Source: Lama guanicoe (lineage: Eukaryota). Taken from it: 64,000 nt of DNA. A program made the translations under genes and the position numbers. Position 1 is the stretch's first letter. The number at the start of each line of letters is the position of its first letter. Shown one piece after another: positions 1 through 13,019 of the stretch. The notes under the pieces are model-generated. The model was given only the letters and a program-made list of their open reading frames with translations. It was not told the DNA's origin and did not search any database. The stretch is taken from contig MU054001.1 in assembly GCA_013239625.1 (NCBI GenBank), positions 248,001-312,000 of the forward strand, given 5' to 3'.

Positions 1-147
1 TACGTGTGTGCAACACTAGAGCTGGATTAGGTCCACGGTAAGCTCCATAAAGGGAGGCTTTTGATGACAAGAACAAACACCACAGCTATTGTTTGTTTGG
101 TTGGGGGTCGGGGCAGGGTTAAGGTTTCAATGTAAAAGTATATAAGA

Positions 148-300
148 GGGTGGAGGGTAGATCTCAGTGGTAGAGCACATGCTTAGCATGCATGAGGTCC
201 TAGGTTCAATCCCCAGAGCCTCTGCTAAAATAAGTAAATAAAAAAAACCTAGTTACCTTCCCCCTCAAAAATTTTTAACAAGTCTAAAAAAGAAAGAAAA
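148..300 (+). mobile_element. tRNA-derived SINE (Vic-1-like, camelid type)
   Basis: Pol III A box (tctcagtggtagagc) and B box (ggttcaatccc) followed by an A-rich tail. Confidence 0.8.
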
Positions 301-739
301 AGAAAGCATGTGTTAAAAATAATTGTTTAAGTATAGCAGAGAAGCAGGATATCTGAGTTTAATTCCAGGTCTCTGTGGCTGGAGGCCAGGCCTCTCACAT
401 CTCAGTTTTATCATCTTTGAAATGGGTACAACCATCTTTGCTCTGTTTGCATCCCACTGTTGTTGTGAGGCTAAAATAAAAGAACAGACACAACACTGTG
501 AACTGACTATGCTTCAACTAGAAAAGAAAAAAAAGAAAAAGAAAGAAAATGCATTTATCTTAATGGTTAAAAAAAAAAGAACAGATCTAAAAGGAAGGGC
601 ATGATACACAATTACTCAGCTTCTATCTAAATAAGTATTTCTGAAGGGCTTGATGCTGGCCCTGCACCAACTGCTGTGCTGAAGACAGGGATGCTCTGAA
701 CAGTGTCTTCCAGGATAAGGTAAGGCTAACCCCAGCCTT

Positions 740-962
740 GTAATAAACTTACCATGTGTTGAGTAACTTGCTCTAGAGCTGGCATGATTCCCAGCACTTT
801 GCAGGTTTATAACTCATTTTATCCTCATAACAAACCCCTAGGACAGCGTTATTTCCCTCTTCATTTATGGCTGGGGACCCTGAGACTCAGAGAGGGGAGG
901 TGATTTGCCAAAAGTCACACAGCTCATCAGGGGCAGAGCTGAGATTCAAACCCAGGCACTCT
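740..962 (-). mobile_element. MIR SINE
   Basis: Core tgagactcagagagggg...gtgatttgccaaaagtcacacagct...gagctgagattcaaacccaggca. Confidence 0.75.
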
Positions 963-1229
963 AATACTTCTCTACCAGCTATTTGTTCTTAGATGAGCTG
1001 CGTGCCTTCTCTGGATCTTTGGCTTCCCTTTCTCAAGATGAGCAAGTCATTTTCCCCTGATGCTCCTTGGATCCTGGAGGGCCTCAAGGCTGGAGGGAAG
1101 GAGTGAAGAAGAGATTTTAGCAGAGGTAGGGTGGGGGGAAGGCCCTCAGGGTTAGGGCTGTATTTCAATAAAAACAGAAAAACATTTTATCAAACCATTA
1201 GTATTTTCATATACAGCTCCATTCCTAGT

Positions 1230-1620
1230 GTGGATATTTACAATGATCCTCCCCAATTCAAGGTCAGATAAAAAGCTCTCAATTGTCTGGTCTATTTCTT
1301 GTATTATTTTAGTTTTCCATTTATGTCTTTAATTGGACTGAATTCATCTGGGCATAGAGAGTGAGGTGAGGCTTTAACCTTGTATGTTCTAAATAGTTCA
1401 TCAATTTCCTTGGCACAATTTCATTAAATCATTATTAATTTCCTCACTTATTGGAAATACCTCCTTTATCAAACAAATGGATATGTAACTTTGAATTTGT
1501 TTCTGAACTTCCTCTTAACATGGACATCTGTCTACTCATGTTGCAATACCACAATGGCTGTTGCTGGTGGATTAAAATAAATCAATACCCAATGACTGCA
1601 CAATCATATCTCAGATTGAG
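1230..1620 (-). mobile_element. Old L1M fragment
   Basis: T-rich decayed antisense L1 ORF2-like sequence (ttttccatttatgtctttaatt...gagtgaggtgaggctttaac). Confidence 0.45.
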
Positions 1621-2829
1621 AACTTTGGATGTGAGGTCAAAGACAACATGGACCCATTACCATCAGGCCTTTACCTGCCTGGGCAGCCTTCCATCAGAAA
1701 AGTGCAGGGGTATATCAAGGCTCTGATTGGAAACATTGTGTTTGCCAATTAGTCATTTCACATATTGTCCACATGGTTGGTGGGAAGTCTTGGCAACCAT
1801 TTTTGAATATTTGTAAAAGATAAGGACAAACAAGTCGGTTAGTTGAAGTATGGAGACTATAGTGAGCTTTCCTGGTTTCCTAGAGCCTACAGAGGCTCTT
1901 AGAGACGGCTTTTTTCCATGCGCAGTCAGTGTCAGCCCATGATATAGATTTAGGCAGAGGAAGCCACTTCAGTATGTGGAAAAGTCCACTTGGTGAAGGA
2001 GAAGCATCCAGTGAGAAATTCTCTGGCTCCCACTCAGTGCTGTGTCCATCCATCCCACGGATGTAGGTGTTGGGAAGCTTTGGAATCCCCTCCGAGTTTG
2101 GAGTGAGAAGAAGCAGTGCCGTGTGAAGGGTCGCCCTTCAATTTCTAAATACCTTTAGATGAGCCCCTAACCTCTCTGCCCCTCCATTTCTTGTTTTGTA
2201 AAGTGGAGGTAACTGTTCCTGTCATCGAACATAGCGTGAAGCTCAAATGAGATGCTACAGGTGAAAACATGATACTTCGCAACTTCTAAACAATTAAACG
2301 ATGATAGTTATGACTACTACACTTGGATCATGATTTTCTTTTTCTAGATAAATTGTTGAAGACCAGATATTTTTCCATTCTTGTTGATTTGGAGAAAAAG
2401 TCAGATAGTCTCTAGAAGATTAAGTGAGAGTTACGGAATCCTCCAGACCCTAATAACGAGGAGTGTGTACAGCAGAGGCTGTTCACTGGACAGCTCTCTG
2501 GTTAGTTTCATTTGTGTTACGGGATTGTTTTCCTACTGAAAAAAGAGTGTTACAAGATTTTTTTTTCCCACTGAAAAGAGGGTGCTAGAGATGTTGTACT
2601 TTATAGAAATGCTCATCCTATTTAAAAAAAAAATACTTGGGACACTTGGTAAATTCTCAAGTGTTAGGCATGCAGAAATGCGATGCCTGATGAGCAGCTG
2701 GTTTCTTGCATTTTTGTGGAAATCCATGTAGGCGTTGGGTGCCTTTTTATCACTCCAAGACTTGCAGTTATGGAATGTCACAAAATTATGACTTCTTCTC
2801 ATTATCTTCTTCTACTTCTTCCATTCTCT

Positions 2830-3830
2830 TTTGAGCCTAGTCCCAACAGGTTCCTCTCCACTGGGAGAGCTGTTGTCAGGATCACATTGTTAAATCTCAT
2901 GGTCAAGTCTCAGACTTCATCTTTATTCAACTTCTTAGCAGTATTGGATGTAGTTGATCACTCCCTTGGATGGCCCCCTACCTCAGTGGAAACTCTTAAT
3001 TGGAGACCTTCCATATCTCCCCAATCTTTAAATGTTGAAGTGTCCCTGGGCTCAGTTCTCAGACTCCTTTCCTTCCTCTCCTACCCCTTCTTTCCCTCCC
3101 CTCTCTCTCTCCTCTTCTTTGTCTCTATGCATGCCTTTTGTCATTTTTTTTTCTCTGGCTACTCATTTAGTCTCATGGTTTTAAATACCATCAAAAAACG
3201 TATCTCTAGATGAGATCTCCCTCTTGAACTTCAGACTCTTTATCCACTTGGGTGTCTAAAAGTCATCTCAAAATTAGCATGTCTGCAACCAATTTCCCAA
3301 GTCCCCCCCAACTCCTTGCAACTTGGCCTTTTTGCAATTGCAATTTATAGAATTAAGTCTGAATGAGTCTGTCAAAATTTGAATCCAGTTATGTCATTCT
3401 TCTTCTCAAAGCCCTCTAATAGCTTCTCTTACTTGAAAGAAAACTCAGATCCTTACAGATGCCATAAATAATCTTCCCCAGTAATTTCCCATCTTCTCCC
3501 TCACTTATCCTGCTCCAGCCAGGCATGGCTTTTTGTTGCTCTTGCCTCAGGACTTTCACACTTTCTGTTCCCACTGCCTGGACAGTTCCTCCACCAGAAC
3601 ATGGTCTACACCCTTACTTCCTTCTGGTCTCTGCTCACACGTCACCCAATCAGTGAGGTTATCCCTGACCACCACTTAACAAAAATAGCAAATCTGCTCC
3701 CTGGCCTTTGCTATCTTCTCTGCCTTGTTTTATTTTTCTTTCTTGAGCTTCTCAGTACTTGATGTATATCTGTGTGAGTACATTGTTGGTGCTTACGAAT
3801 ACTGTCAAAATAATGAATGAGTGAGTGAGG
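2830..3830 (+). mobile_element. L2 LINE 3' portion
   Basis: L2 hallmarks (gttgatcactccctt, cacttgggtgtctaaaagtcatctcaaaattagcatgtc, cctgctccagcca) ending in an aatgaatgagtgagtga tail. Confidence 0.8.
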
Positions 3831-6096
3831 CCTGGCATACACGAATTCCTATGAAAATAGTCTGTCCAGTGGGCTTCTTTCTTCCGGACTGGAGGGATAC
3901 CCACTGGCCCCCAGTCCTTGGTGCCTCATCTAGGAGGGGTTTGCTCAAACAGCCTCCAAACGGCCTGGAGGAAGGACAAAGCTTTGCCCTAGCCCCTGAG
4001 GTCTAGATCTTAGTGATGGGCCCCGCTGAGTGGGAAGCGGTGAGTATGTTGTGAGCTTGGCAGATGTTTGGAAATGAGTCTTGAAAAGGAGACAGAGCTA
4101 CTTCACAAGGGAGACCAAAAGCCAAACAGGCTCCCATCATAAACGGTCACTTTTGCTGTCCTGGGTTTGCAGAGGCTTTGTCTGGACTGATTTCCTCTGG
4201 GGAAAGAGTAATGTGTGTCAGCAATTACTCTTTCAAGTCAAAACACTGTCTTTATCACAGGGCACTCTGAGGCCTGTAGGGAAGGGAGGGGACCATAACG
4301 GAGCCGAATGGCTTGGGTAGGGGGGCCTTCTTAGGCCTGGGGCAGAGATGGGTGTGGGAGGGGGCACCAGGTTCCCCACCCCAGCCGTCTGGAGGGCCCC
4401 CAGCCCAGGGAACTCACTTGAGACTCCAGAACACCCCTGAGCTGGAGCTGGGGAGAGCGAGCCGAGCCGCACAGGGCTGGTTTTACGCTTTTAGTTCTGA
4501 GATAGCGATCGTAGGGGAAAATTCCCTGCGTTTGTGGAATCATAAATTTTTTAAAGTCTCTTGGCTCCACTTTTAAATTTAGTGCCTGAATAAAATGTTG
4601 GCTCGAGCTCCATATTCGATTATTAAAAATCATACTCAGGCCTGGGAGATGAGTATTTACACATCTTCCTGCTCATCTGAAGACCCACATATCAAAATGT
4701 GGCTCCCATCAAAGTGCTGTTTCCTGGGACAAGAGGCTCTTGAGAGCTGAGTGCTGCATTTGTTAAATGAGGGAGCGGAAAACTAGAAAGTCCTTAAAAC
4801 TCTTCCTTATTCTAACATTTGTAAGTATTCTTGGCTATCCTTTCACCAAAAGCATTGTTTGTTTCTTCTCCTGATTTTTAAAGACGAACATGAATGCATA
4901 CCGATGTGTGTCTGTAAATTAATTAAATTAATAAAAGAAAGATCTGGAAGGATACAGACTAACTTGATAACAGTGGGAACCAGGGTGAGAAGGGGTAAAG
5001 GTCAAAGGTGACTTTAACCTGATATGTAATGTTTCCTTTTCTTGAGAAATGTGGATTCACAAATTACTCAATTATTTTTCAACAAGCACAGGATCCCTGT
5101 AGATAATCCAGAAGCCATAGAAAAGTATAAAAATGAAAATAAAAATTCATCATGTTTTTCACATCCCAGATAAAATAGTGTTGGCATTTTGGCATTTTCA
5201 TTTTAGGAAAAGTTTCCTAATTAACAGGTCCACTCACAGGAGGTGTTCCCGTCAGGGTTACAAGGACATAGCTTTTAAAGACAGGCCATAGCTTTGGTTT
5301 CACTGCCAAGAGGGACGAGGCATCCTTTCCCCTAAATAAAAGTCAATGATAAAATACCCTGAGGAGTGAGATATGGAACATGTCCATTTTGGCCCGTTAA
5401 AAAAAAAAACATCTGTACATTTTATTTTTCGTGGATTATGGATCATGAGTCCCAGGCATGGTAAGTATTTATACAAATGAGGGAGAGGGGAGAAGTCACT
5501 AACAGCAGCAGGAGAGATGGAAGATGCTGAGAAAAGGGGAAAGCTCATTTCTCTTTTAAAGGAAGTTTGGGAAAAAAAGATAGCTTCCTCCCAATGGCTC
5601 TATTAGACCTACAGAAATGCCTTAAGAACACCTGCACGAAACCTGTGTTGTGCGCATGGCAAAATGACAAAATAAATAGATTCCCTAAAAAAAGAAGGAG
5701 CCTATAAACAGCTCATCTGTATTTTGGCAATTTCTTTGCATGAACTTTTTTTACTGGATTTGAACAATAGCAACAAAGTATACGTGTGCACATAGGTGGG
5801 GACACACACACACACACACACCTTAAACACATCAAAATGGAAAAACAAATGCCAGTCACTGAAAAATTTTTCAAAATATTAAATGAGTCTCAAAATCATG
5901 CCCCAAATATGAATGTACAGTACAATGGTAATCTATAATATTAAAAAAGATAAAAAGCCCCAAAGAGACATAGCAATGCCACTTCTGTTAAGACCATGGG
6001 AGACGGAGTGATTCAGCTTCTGTTTTAAAAAGGAACAGGTGGTTCTGGGTTGAGACGAGGAGAGAGAAGAGCAGCAGCATGAAGAAAACCCATGTT

Positions 6097-6221
6097 CGCA
6101 TGCTTAGCACGCATGAGGTCCTAGGTTCAATCCCCGGTACCTCCGCTAAAAATACGTAAGCCTAATTACCTCCTCCCAATAAAATGATTAAATAATGCAA
6201 TAAGAAATAAATGAAATTTTA
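6097..6221 (+). mobile_element. 5'-truncated copy of the same tRNA-derived SINE
   Basis: catgcttagcacgcatgaggtcctaggttcaatcccc nearly identical to 178-214; A-rich tail; decayed TSD aaaacccatgtt (6085-6096) / aaaatcccatatt (6222-6234). Confidence 0.8.
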
Positions 6222-8289
6222 AAAATCCCATATTTAGTAGGAACTGACCAAGACAAGAGCCCTCAGCCATCCGGGGCCTCCTGATACTCACGTAGGGCCA
6301 ACCTGGGGGCAGTGTCCAGGTATCAGCCTTGGCCCCTGATCTACCCAGCCTGCAACTCTGGGCCTCTGGGGGCCAAGTTCCTTTTAGGGGAGCCCCTAAT
6401 ATGGTATGTAAAAGTGTTGGGTAACAGGAGAAGTGGGTAGGGTTTTGGGGTCGGGTGGAGGGGCCACATTCTTAAAAGCAATGTCTCGCTTTCTTTGCTT
6501 TATGCATGGAATCTCTCATTTTAATCATCTCCATAGCAACTCTACCCTCATCAACATAATTTCCCTGCTAGAAAAGCTGGGTCACAGATGAGAAAGACCT
6601 GATTCGAACACTAACCTCTGCATCCTGAAAACAGACTCACCACGGCTCGGGGCTGGGGGCGATGTCGAGGGTGTCTAGTTGAACCTGCACCTGATGCTTG
6701 AATTTCTCCGGTGACATCCTGTTAGGCGCTCTGCTCTTACACGCCCACAGGGGAGAGGAACTCATTACCTCCTCACATCTGAGAGTCAGGAACTTTTCCT
6801 CTTATTGAGTTAAAACCCAGCTCTAAAAATCTTTCATTCAATGGTCTATGCAGTGGAGTATCCATGACAACAGGCTGTCACATCTCCCTGGAGTCCTCCT
6901 CTGGTTTCTTTAACTATTTGTCACACGTTTTTCCAGGTCCCTCTCCCAGGATCTCATTGGGCTACCAATGCCCACCCCACAACCCACACGCACTTAGCTG
7001 GGAAGCTTAGAACCTCGTCTGGTTTGGGTTCATGGGTGTCTATAATTCTGTCGTTCAAGGCAGAGAGCCGATGGATGGAAGAGGTCATATTATTCAGGAC
7101 TCCTTCCACAGTAAGGGGTAGACCCAACTCAAAAGGGCTTCTGTTAAAAAAGGGAGTTGATTGGCTCCCATCACTGACAATCCCTGCATGGCTTCATCTG
7201 TGGGCTCGCTAATCTCCCATCTCTCCCCTCGGCTTCTCCCTCTGGGCTCCCAGGGGGGCAAGGTGGCCGCCAGCAGCTCCAGGCTGCCTTTCACAGCCCC
7301 GGGCCTGGGGGAGGAGAGGGCTGAGAGTTCTGGGCCTGATTCACATTGGCCTTAACTGAATCCTGTGCCCATCCCCACACGGGTAGCTGAGGTCACAAGT
7401 GGCGTGTGGCTCTGACTGGCCAAGCCTGAGACCAACCCCCACACCCGGAGCTGGTATCGGAGTCAGTTTCCCCTCAAACACATGAACGGAGGGTGGGATT
7501 TTCTGGAGGGAAACGGGAATCCTGTCACCCGAAGGAGGGAAAGTGGAAAATGGGGGGAGTGAATGGTGAATGTCCATCAAATCAACTGAAGAGCTGTCAT
7601 GGCTCCTGTCCAGGGCTTACTGATGGGGACAGTGGAGAAGTTTTTGAGGAGTTCAGGAAAAGCTGTGGGTGGGTTACCGTGCAGGTCAGGAACGTCCTTT
7701 GTCAGCACGGAAGCAGTCAGCCTCCCCCTGGGCTTCAGATAAAAGCCTTTCCTCACGGGTTCCTGAGCTTTAGCACCATCTCTCACAGCTTTCAGGTTGT
7801 TGCTACATTGTTCAGAAGGAAAGCTGATTTTCACACTTAAATTAGGTTGCTTTAAAAAAACCCACCAGCTGCCCTTCCTTTCCTCCCTCTCTTTCCCCCA
7901 CTTTATTCAAAGACAATATCCCTTATCCGGGACCCAGCAGAGCCTTTGGGCGCTGGATGCATATCCCAGGCAAAGGGATGGAGGAGTCCAAGTCGAGACA
8001 CTGCCTGGCCCTAAAGAGGGTGGTCACAGGAAGGTGGGTATTGCTGGAGCTCCAGGTGGTGCTCTGATGTGAAGTAAAGAGAGTTCAAATAGTCACAAAA
8101 GGGGAACCCTACTGGAGCGACTCCCCCACCCCTGCCACACACTACAGTCTCGGGGAGAGGAATGAACGAGAATGAGACTGCCTACCCACCAACGACTGCG
8201 TGTCAGAGCCAGACGCATGCCATGCCAAACTCGTGTCCTTCCAACGTTTTGATAAAAATACTAAAAGATTAGTTAAAAAAAAACCCTAA

Positions 8290-9170
8290 AAAACAAAAAC
8301 AAAAAACCTAAAAGGCCACAAGCAAAGTAAGGGAGAAGTATTTCTGTTAATACCGGGACAAAACATTAGCATCCCAGTTATACAGCATCCTCTTACCAAT
8401 TCGTTCGACTAAGGTATATTAGTTCGACCAAGACAAATACCCCAGCAGACAAACAGGTAAAAGATGTCACCAGGTGGTTCCTAAATGAATAAATACAGAT
8501 GCAAGTTCAACCTGCACAACTTCATAGCAATCAAGGAATGAGAAACACCAAAATGCAGTATTTGGGGCCTATGGAAAAGGCACAGGTATTTAAAATGATG
8601 CCACGCAGGGTTGCTGGAATTGTGGGCATGCCCTCCTGGACCCTGCTCGGGAGCGTGTGAAGTGGTCCAATGTTTCTGGAGGGCACTTTGGCAATTTCTA
8701 TCAAAAGCTTGAAAAATATGCATGCCCTGTGACCCAGCAAGTCAATATTTAGGAATTCTCCTGAAGAAAGTGTCATGAATATTTATGAAGATTTATGTGT
8801 AAGAATAATTACTGAAGCCTTATTTGCAATAGCAAAAAGTTGACAAACCGAAATTTCCAATAAGAGGAGACTGGTTAAAAGAGCCATGAAAATCGTACTT
8901 TGGAAGAATGTGATGACATGGGAAATGTTTATAATGTACCTCAAATTAACATGCAAGGTATGAAATAGTGTATATATTATGTGTATGAAATAGTGTATAT
9001 ATTATGTGTATGAAACAGTGTATATATTATATGTCATATATATTACATAGGCTTAAAAGAAAGACTGGAAAGATAATCTCTGGAATGTTAACTCTACTTA
9101 TCTCAAGGTTTGGGATAATGAGTGATCTTTTTATGTGTATTTTTCTACATTTTCTATCATTAAAAAAACC
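8290..9170 (+). mobile_element. Old L1M (ORF2 3' end / 3' UTR) fragment
   Basis: tttctggagggcactttggcaatttctatcaaaa...tgacccagcaa...taggaatt...ttatttgcaatagcaaaaa resembles the L1 ORF2 C-terminal region. Confidence 0.65.
8958..9030. repeat. Minisatellite, 25-bp unit x3
   Basis: gtatgaaatagtgtatatattatgt at 8958, 8983 and (one mismatch, partial) 9008. Confidence 0.9.
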
Positions 9171-10284
9171 CCACAATGTTGACAATGGCTACTATTTACT
9201 GAGGATTTAATCACACACCAAGCATTGTGATAAACTCTTTTCATAAATTAATTTATCACACAACAACCTTGTAAGATAGGTCTTATGATTATACCCATTT
9301 TACAGATGAGGAATCTAAGGGGATGTGACCACCCAAAGCCCATGTCCCTCTTCTAGTCCTTGCCCTTGAAATCCGGAGCCTAGAGTTTTCTGCTGAAAGC
9401 GCTCCTCTACAGCTAGGCCTACAGAGCAGGGCCAGTGGGGAAAGTGGGAGAGATTCACCAGCTGCCCAAGTCCTCTTTCATTAGTTAATGCTCACTGATG
9501 TCAGTGTGTGTTCTGAACCAACTTCCACTGTCCTTCATTATCCTAAAAGGGGGAAGCAGAGCATACCAGAAGGAGCACTGTGTAAAATTCCAGTCCTGGT
9601 TTGGCTGTGTGACCTTGGGCAAGTCACTTCCCCTCTCTGGGCCTTAGAGTTTCCAGCTAGGTTTAGACTTGCTGTTCTGATGCTTCATGACTCTACTCAC
9701 TAAAGAGGGTCTCTAAATAACTCAGGGGACTTACTGGGAGCTGGAACAAGCAAATCCTCTTTGCTCAGGCCCTGAAGCAGGCTATCTAGGCTCACAACTC
9801 TAGGAGCCCTCTGAGGCACAGATGAAGAGATTCACTCATTCACTTGCTCATTTATGTAATGAATTCCTGGGTCCTACTTTCATGTGCGTGTTCTTATTCA
9901 GTCCTCCACAGGGGCTATACCGGGGTGGGTATTAAATGACTCATGATTGACCTTTGATTTCTGAAAAGAAATACATTTTTACGTAGATTCATCAGCCATG
10001 GGATGAGAGTAATCAAAGACAATTAAAGTGTCCTTGTGTCCTCTTTGAACCCCCCTGGAGAGTTTAGTTGCAGAATCAGCTGTCGTTTTATTTGTCGTCA
10101 TCCACCAACCCGTTGAGCCTGAGTGAGGTGTGTGGGTAGCACCCAGAGTAAGTGGGTCTTCACATTCTAGGTATTCAAGCCAGTCCTGACCCATTTTCAG
10201 TTCCGTGCACCTCAATGAGGTGGCTGCTATGCGTACACATTGTATGTAAGTACTGGGAGGGAGGTGAGAAGCCTGTGAATACAC

Positions 10285-10710
10285 CCAATTCTATGCCTTA
10301 AAAGCCTCCAACAGAGACCGCAATTCAAACTCCTCACCTGGGGCCCACAGATTCCATATGATGAGGCCCTGCCCACCTCTCTGATCTCACCCTCTACTCT
10401 ACACTCCAGCATCCTTAGCTCCAGTGCCCTGGCCTTCTTTAGACTTCAGGGATACACCAGCCTTATGCCCGTCCTGGGAACTTTGCCATTACTGTCCCTT
10501 CTGTCTGCAAAGTTCTCCTCCTAGGTGCTCACTGGTGTGTGAGCTCAGCCTGGATGTGCGCAACTGGCTGGCTCTTTCTGGAGTTGACTTTCAGTTGTCT
10601 CCTAAAATGCAGGGACCTGCTTTGTCTCATTCACCACTGAGAATCTCTGGTCCCTAAAACAATGCCTGGAACATAGCAAGCCCTCAATAAAAAACTTGAT
10701 ACATGAATAA
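10285..10710 (+). mobile_element. L2 fragment
   Basis: caaactcctcacctgg...actccagc...ctggccttctt; ends aacaatgcctggaacatagcaagccctcaataaa. Confidence 0.65.
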
Positions 10711-12288
10711 TTCTTCCAGGAGACATCCCCGAGTTCTGCCTGGAAGAGGGGGCATGCAAGCTGGGCACAGAACACCAAACAGCTCACAGGGCCTCCCTTC
10801 TTCTGGCCCGTTTCACATATTTCCATCCTGACACACACTCTTTCCCAGGATGACCTCATCCACGAGTGTACTCGCTTTCAGCTACTATCTTTGCTCAGGC
10901 CTCTCACTGCGATGCCGTTCCACCATCCCTCCCTTCCCCTCTCTTTGTCCATTCTCAGCTGTCCTATTTCTGGTGCTTAATTACAGTCCTGCTATGCAGA
11001 CAATGACGATGCCATCATTCTCAAAAGATGATTGTGTCTGCTCGCTCTTTTGTCCTGAGCAGAAAGACGGCAAGACTGTCCAGGTCATAAAAATGAGTGC
11101 AGGGTTAGTTAGAAACCATTTCAGAAAGCCCTTGCAGAAACGCCGTCTGTCACCATGCTCACGGGGCTCACCCAAATGGCACACAGAGCTTCTGAGCTGC
11201 TCTGGGCAGGACGTTTTATTAAATTAATTACAATTTTTAGAACTGAATCCTTTTTTTAGAAGCTTTTAATACAGGTTTTGTCTTGTTTTGTTTTTTGTTT
11301 TTGTTGCCCTTTTTCCCCCTCTTTGGTTTAAACTACAGGAACTGGAGTTCTTCCAGCCAGGAGCAAATTTAGACACTAAATAGTTTGGGTGGGAAACACG
11401 CTCGTGGGTTCAACTCCAGTTTAGGTCTTGGCAAATAGAGCTATTGCCTTCACTGAACACAACAGGCAAAGGGCCAGAGGCTCAAACTTTTCAAGGGCCT
11501 CCTACCTGGAGGGGAAAAAAATCACTGGCTGCAAAAGGAATAAAGAACACCACTCACTGAAAATGAATAAATCATGTTACAAACAAAACTAGATACTTCT
11601 TTCTCATTCTGTATAGTAAAAAAAAAATTACGTCTAATGTTGGATATTATGTGTTTTATAATTTTAATCATATAGTCTATAAATTATATAATTTTAACGT
11701 AGTTTAGTATGTTCGATACAGCATAGGAAGGAGCAATGGGAAGGAGGCAGATCCAGCCTGTGGGAACTTTCGCAGACCTTGCTGCTAACCAGGGTACCGT
11801 TCTCTTGTCTCCCCACCTCCCTAGAAGCCACTTGAATGCTCAGCGGAGAAAGCTTTTGTGGGAGAGGCTTTCTTTTCCTCTATCGCACATCGGAGAGTTT
11901 AAACTTCACTGGCAAGAGGAAGATGGAAGAATTAAAATGATGAAAACTTATAAAAATCTTTCCAACAGGACGGTAATTGCAGTAATAATCCCCTTTGTTA
12001 TAGAAGCTACTGTATTATGGGTGACCTTGACTTCTATTATGTACTGTTACCTTTAACTCAGAATCTATAACTCAGGGGACTATTAATTATCTTGCCATAA
12101 GTGCTGGCCCGAGTGGGGGACTTTCTGGAGAAGTAAATGCCACATCGATATGAAGTGGAGCCCCTCGGTCGCTTGACGGCTGTTATCAGCGATTAGGGCT
12201 CAGCAGCCCATGGTCAAAGCCAGGAGATTATTCCTGCTTAGACTCCCACGCCGTCTCAAACTTTTCTCATCGCTTTGACCTCTATCTG

Positions 12289-12375
12289 TGATTCACCCCA
12301 GCTTGCAAAACAAAACAGTTTACATATACAATTTAAACGCTCTGGCTTTTTCATCAACCAATCCCTGGGGGGTGT
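12289..12375 (+). repeat. Dispersed direct repeat, copy 1 (pairs with 12931-13019)
   Basis: First 50 nt are 46/50 identical to 12931-12980; similarity continues with indels. Confidence 0.9.
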
Positions 12376-12930
12376 TTTGCTGCCAAAAGTTGCATAAAAA
12401 TAAAACACTGTTTTTCAATATTTCCTTCCTTGGGGCATTTTTTCCCCCAATTTATGTTTTTCCAGTGGAACTTTGTCTTCCCATCTTCCACCACTCATTA
12501 TCATCAGGATAGAGAATGTTAATTAAGCCTCTATCTAGCTTAATAAATGTTAAATATGCTATGTTGAGGGGAGACACAAAGAAGATAGGTTTTAAAATGA
12601 GCTAGAAATCAGGTAAAAAAAAAAAGGGGGGGCATTACATTTGCCATTTTTTTCTCCAAAGGGCAAGCCCGAGCCAATAGTCTGACTACCCCGCATCCGC
12701 TGGAAATTTTATCCTTCGATTCAATCTTCAGTTACAGCTTAGGAACTATTCTGAGAAGTTCTCAGCAGTCTTGACTAACCCCAGAGCAAAATTTCCATTT
12801 TCCCCCCTAATGCCCTAATTGAATTTAGGAGGTTGGCTATGTTTTGCATAGGCATCTACCCCACATCAATGGCATACGTTCAAAAAGAGCCTTATGGAGT
12901 GGATCAGCTAAATATGGGCTGCAAATGTGC

Positions 12931-13019
12931 TGATTTACCCCAGCTTGTAAAACAAAACAATTTACGTATACAATTTAAACATTCTTTCTAGTTTTTCATA
13001 AACCACATCCCTTGGGTGT
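12931..13019 (+). repeat. Dispersed direct repeat, copy 2
   Basis: tgatttaccccagcttgtaaaacaaaacaatttacgtatacaatttaaac..., 642 bp downstream of copy 1. Confidence 0.9.

Noticed and set aside
148..220. tRNA-like sequence with A and B boxes
   Set aside because: It is a SINE head with an A-rich tail and a second truncated copy at 6097, not a functional tRNA gene.
2683..3213. 176-aa ORF
   Set aside because: Lies mostly within a decayed L2 and a pyrimidine-rich tract; no evidence of a host gene.
8958..9030. Regularly spaced 25-bp repeats (CRISPR-like at a glance)
   Set aside because: Head-to-tail with no spacers, inside a mammalian L1 remnant: a minisatellite.
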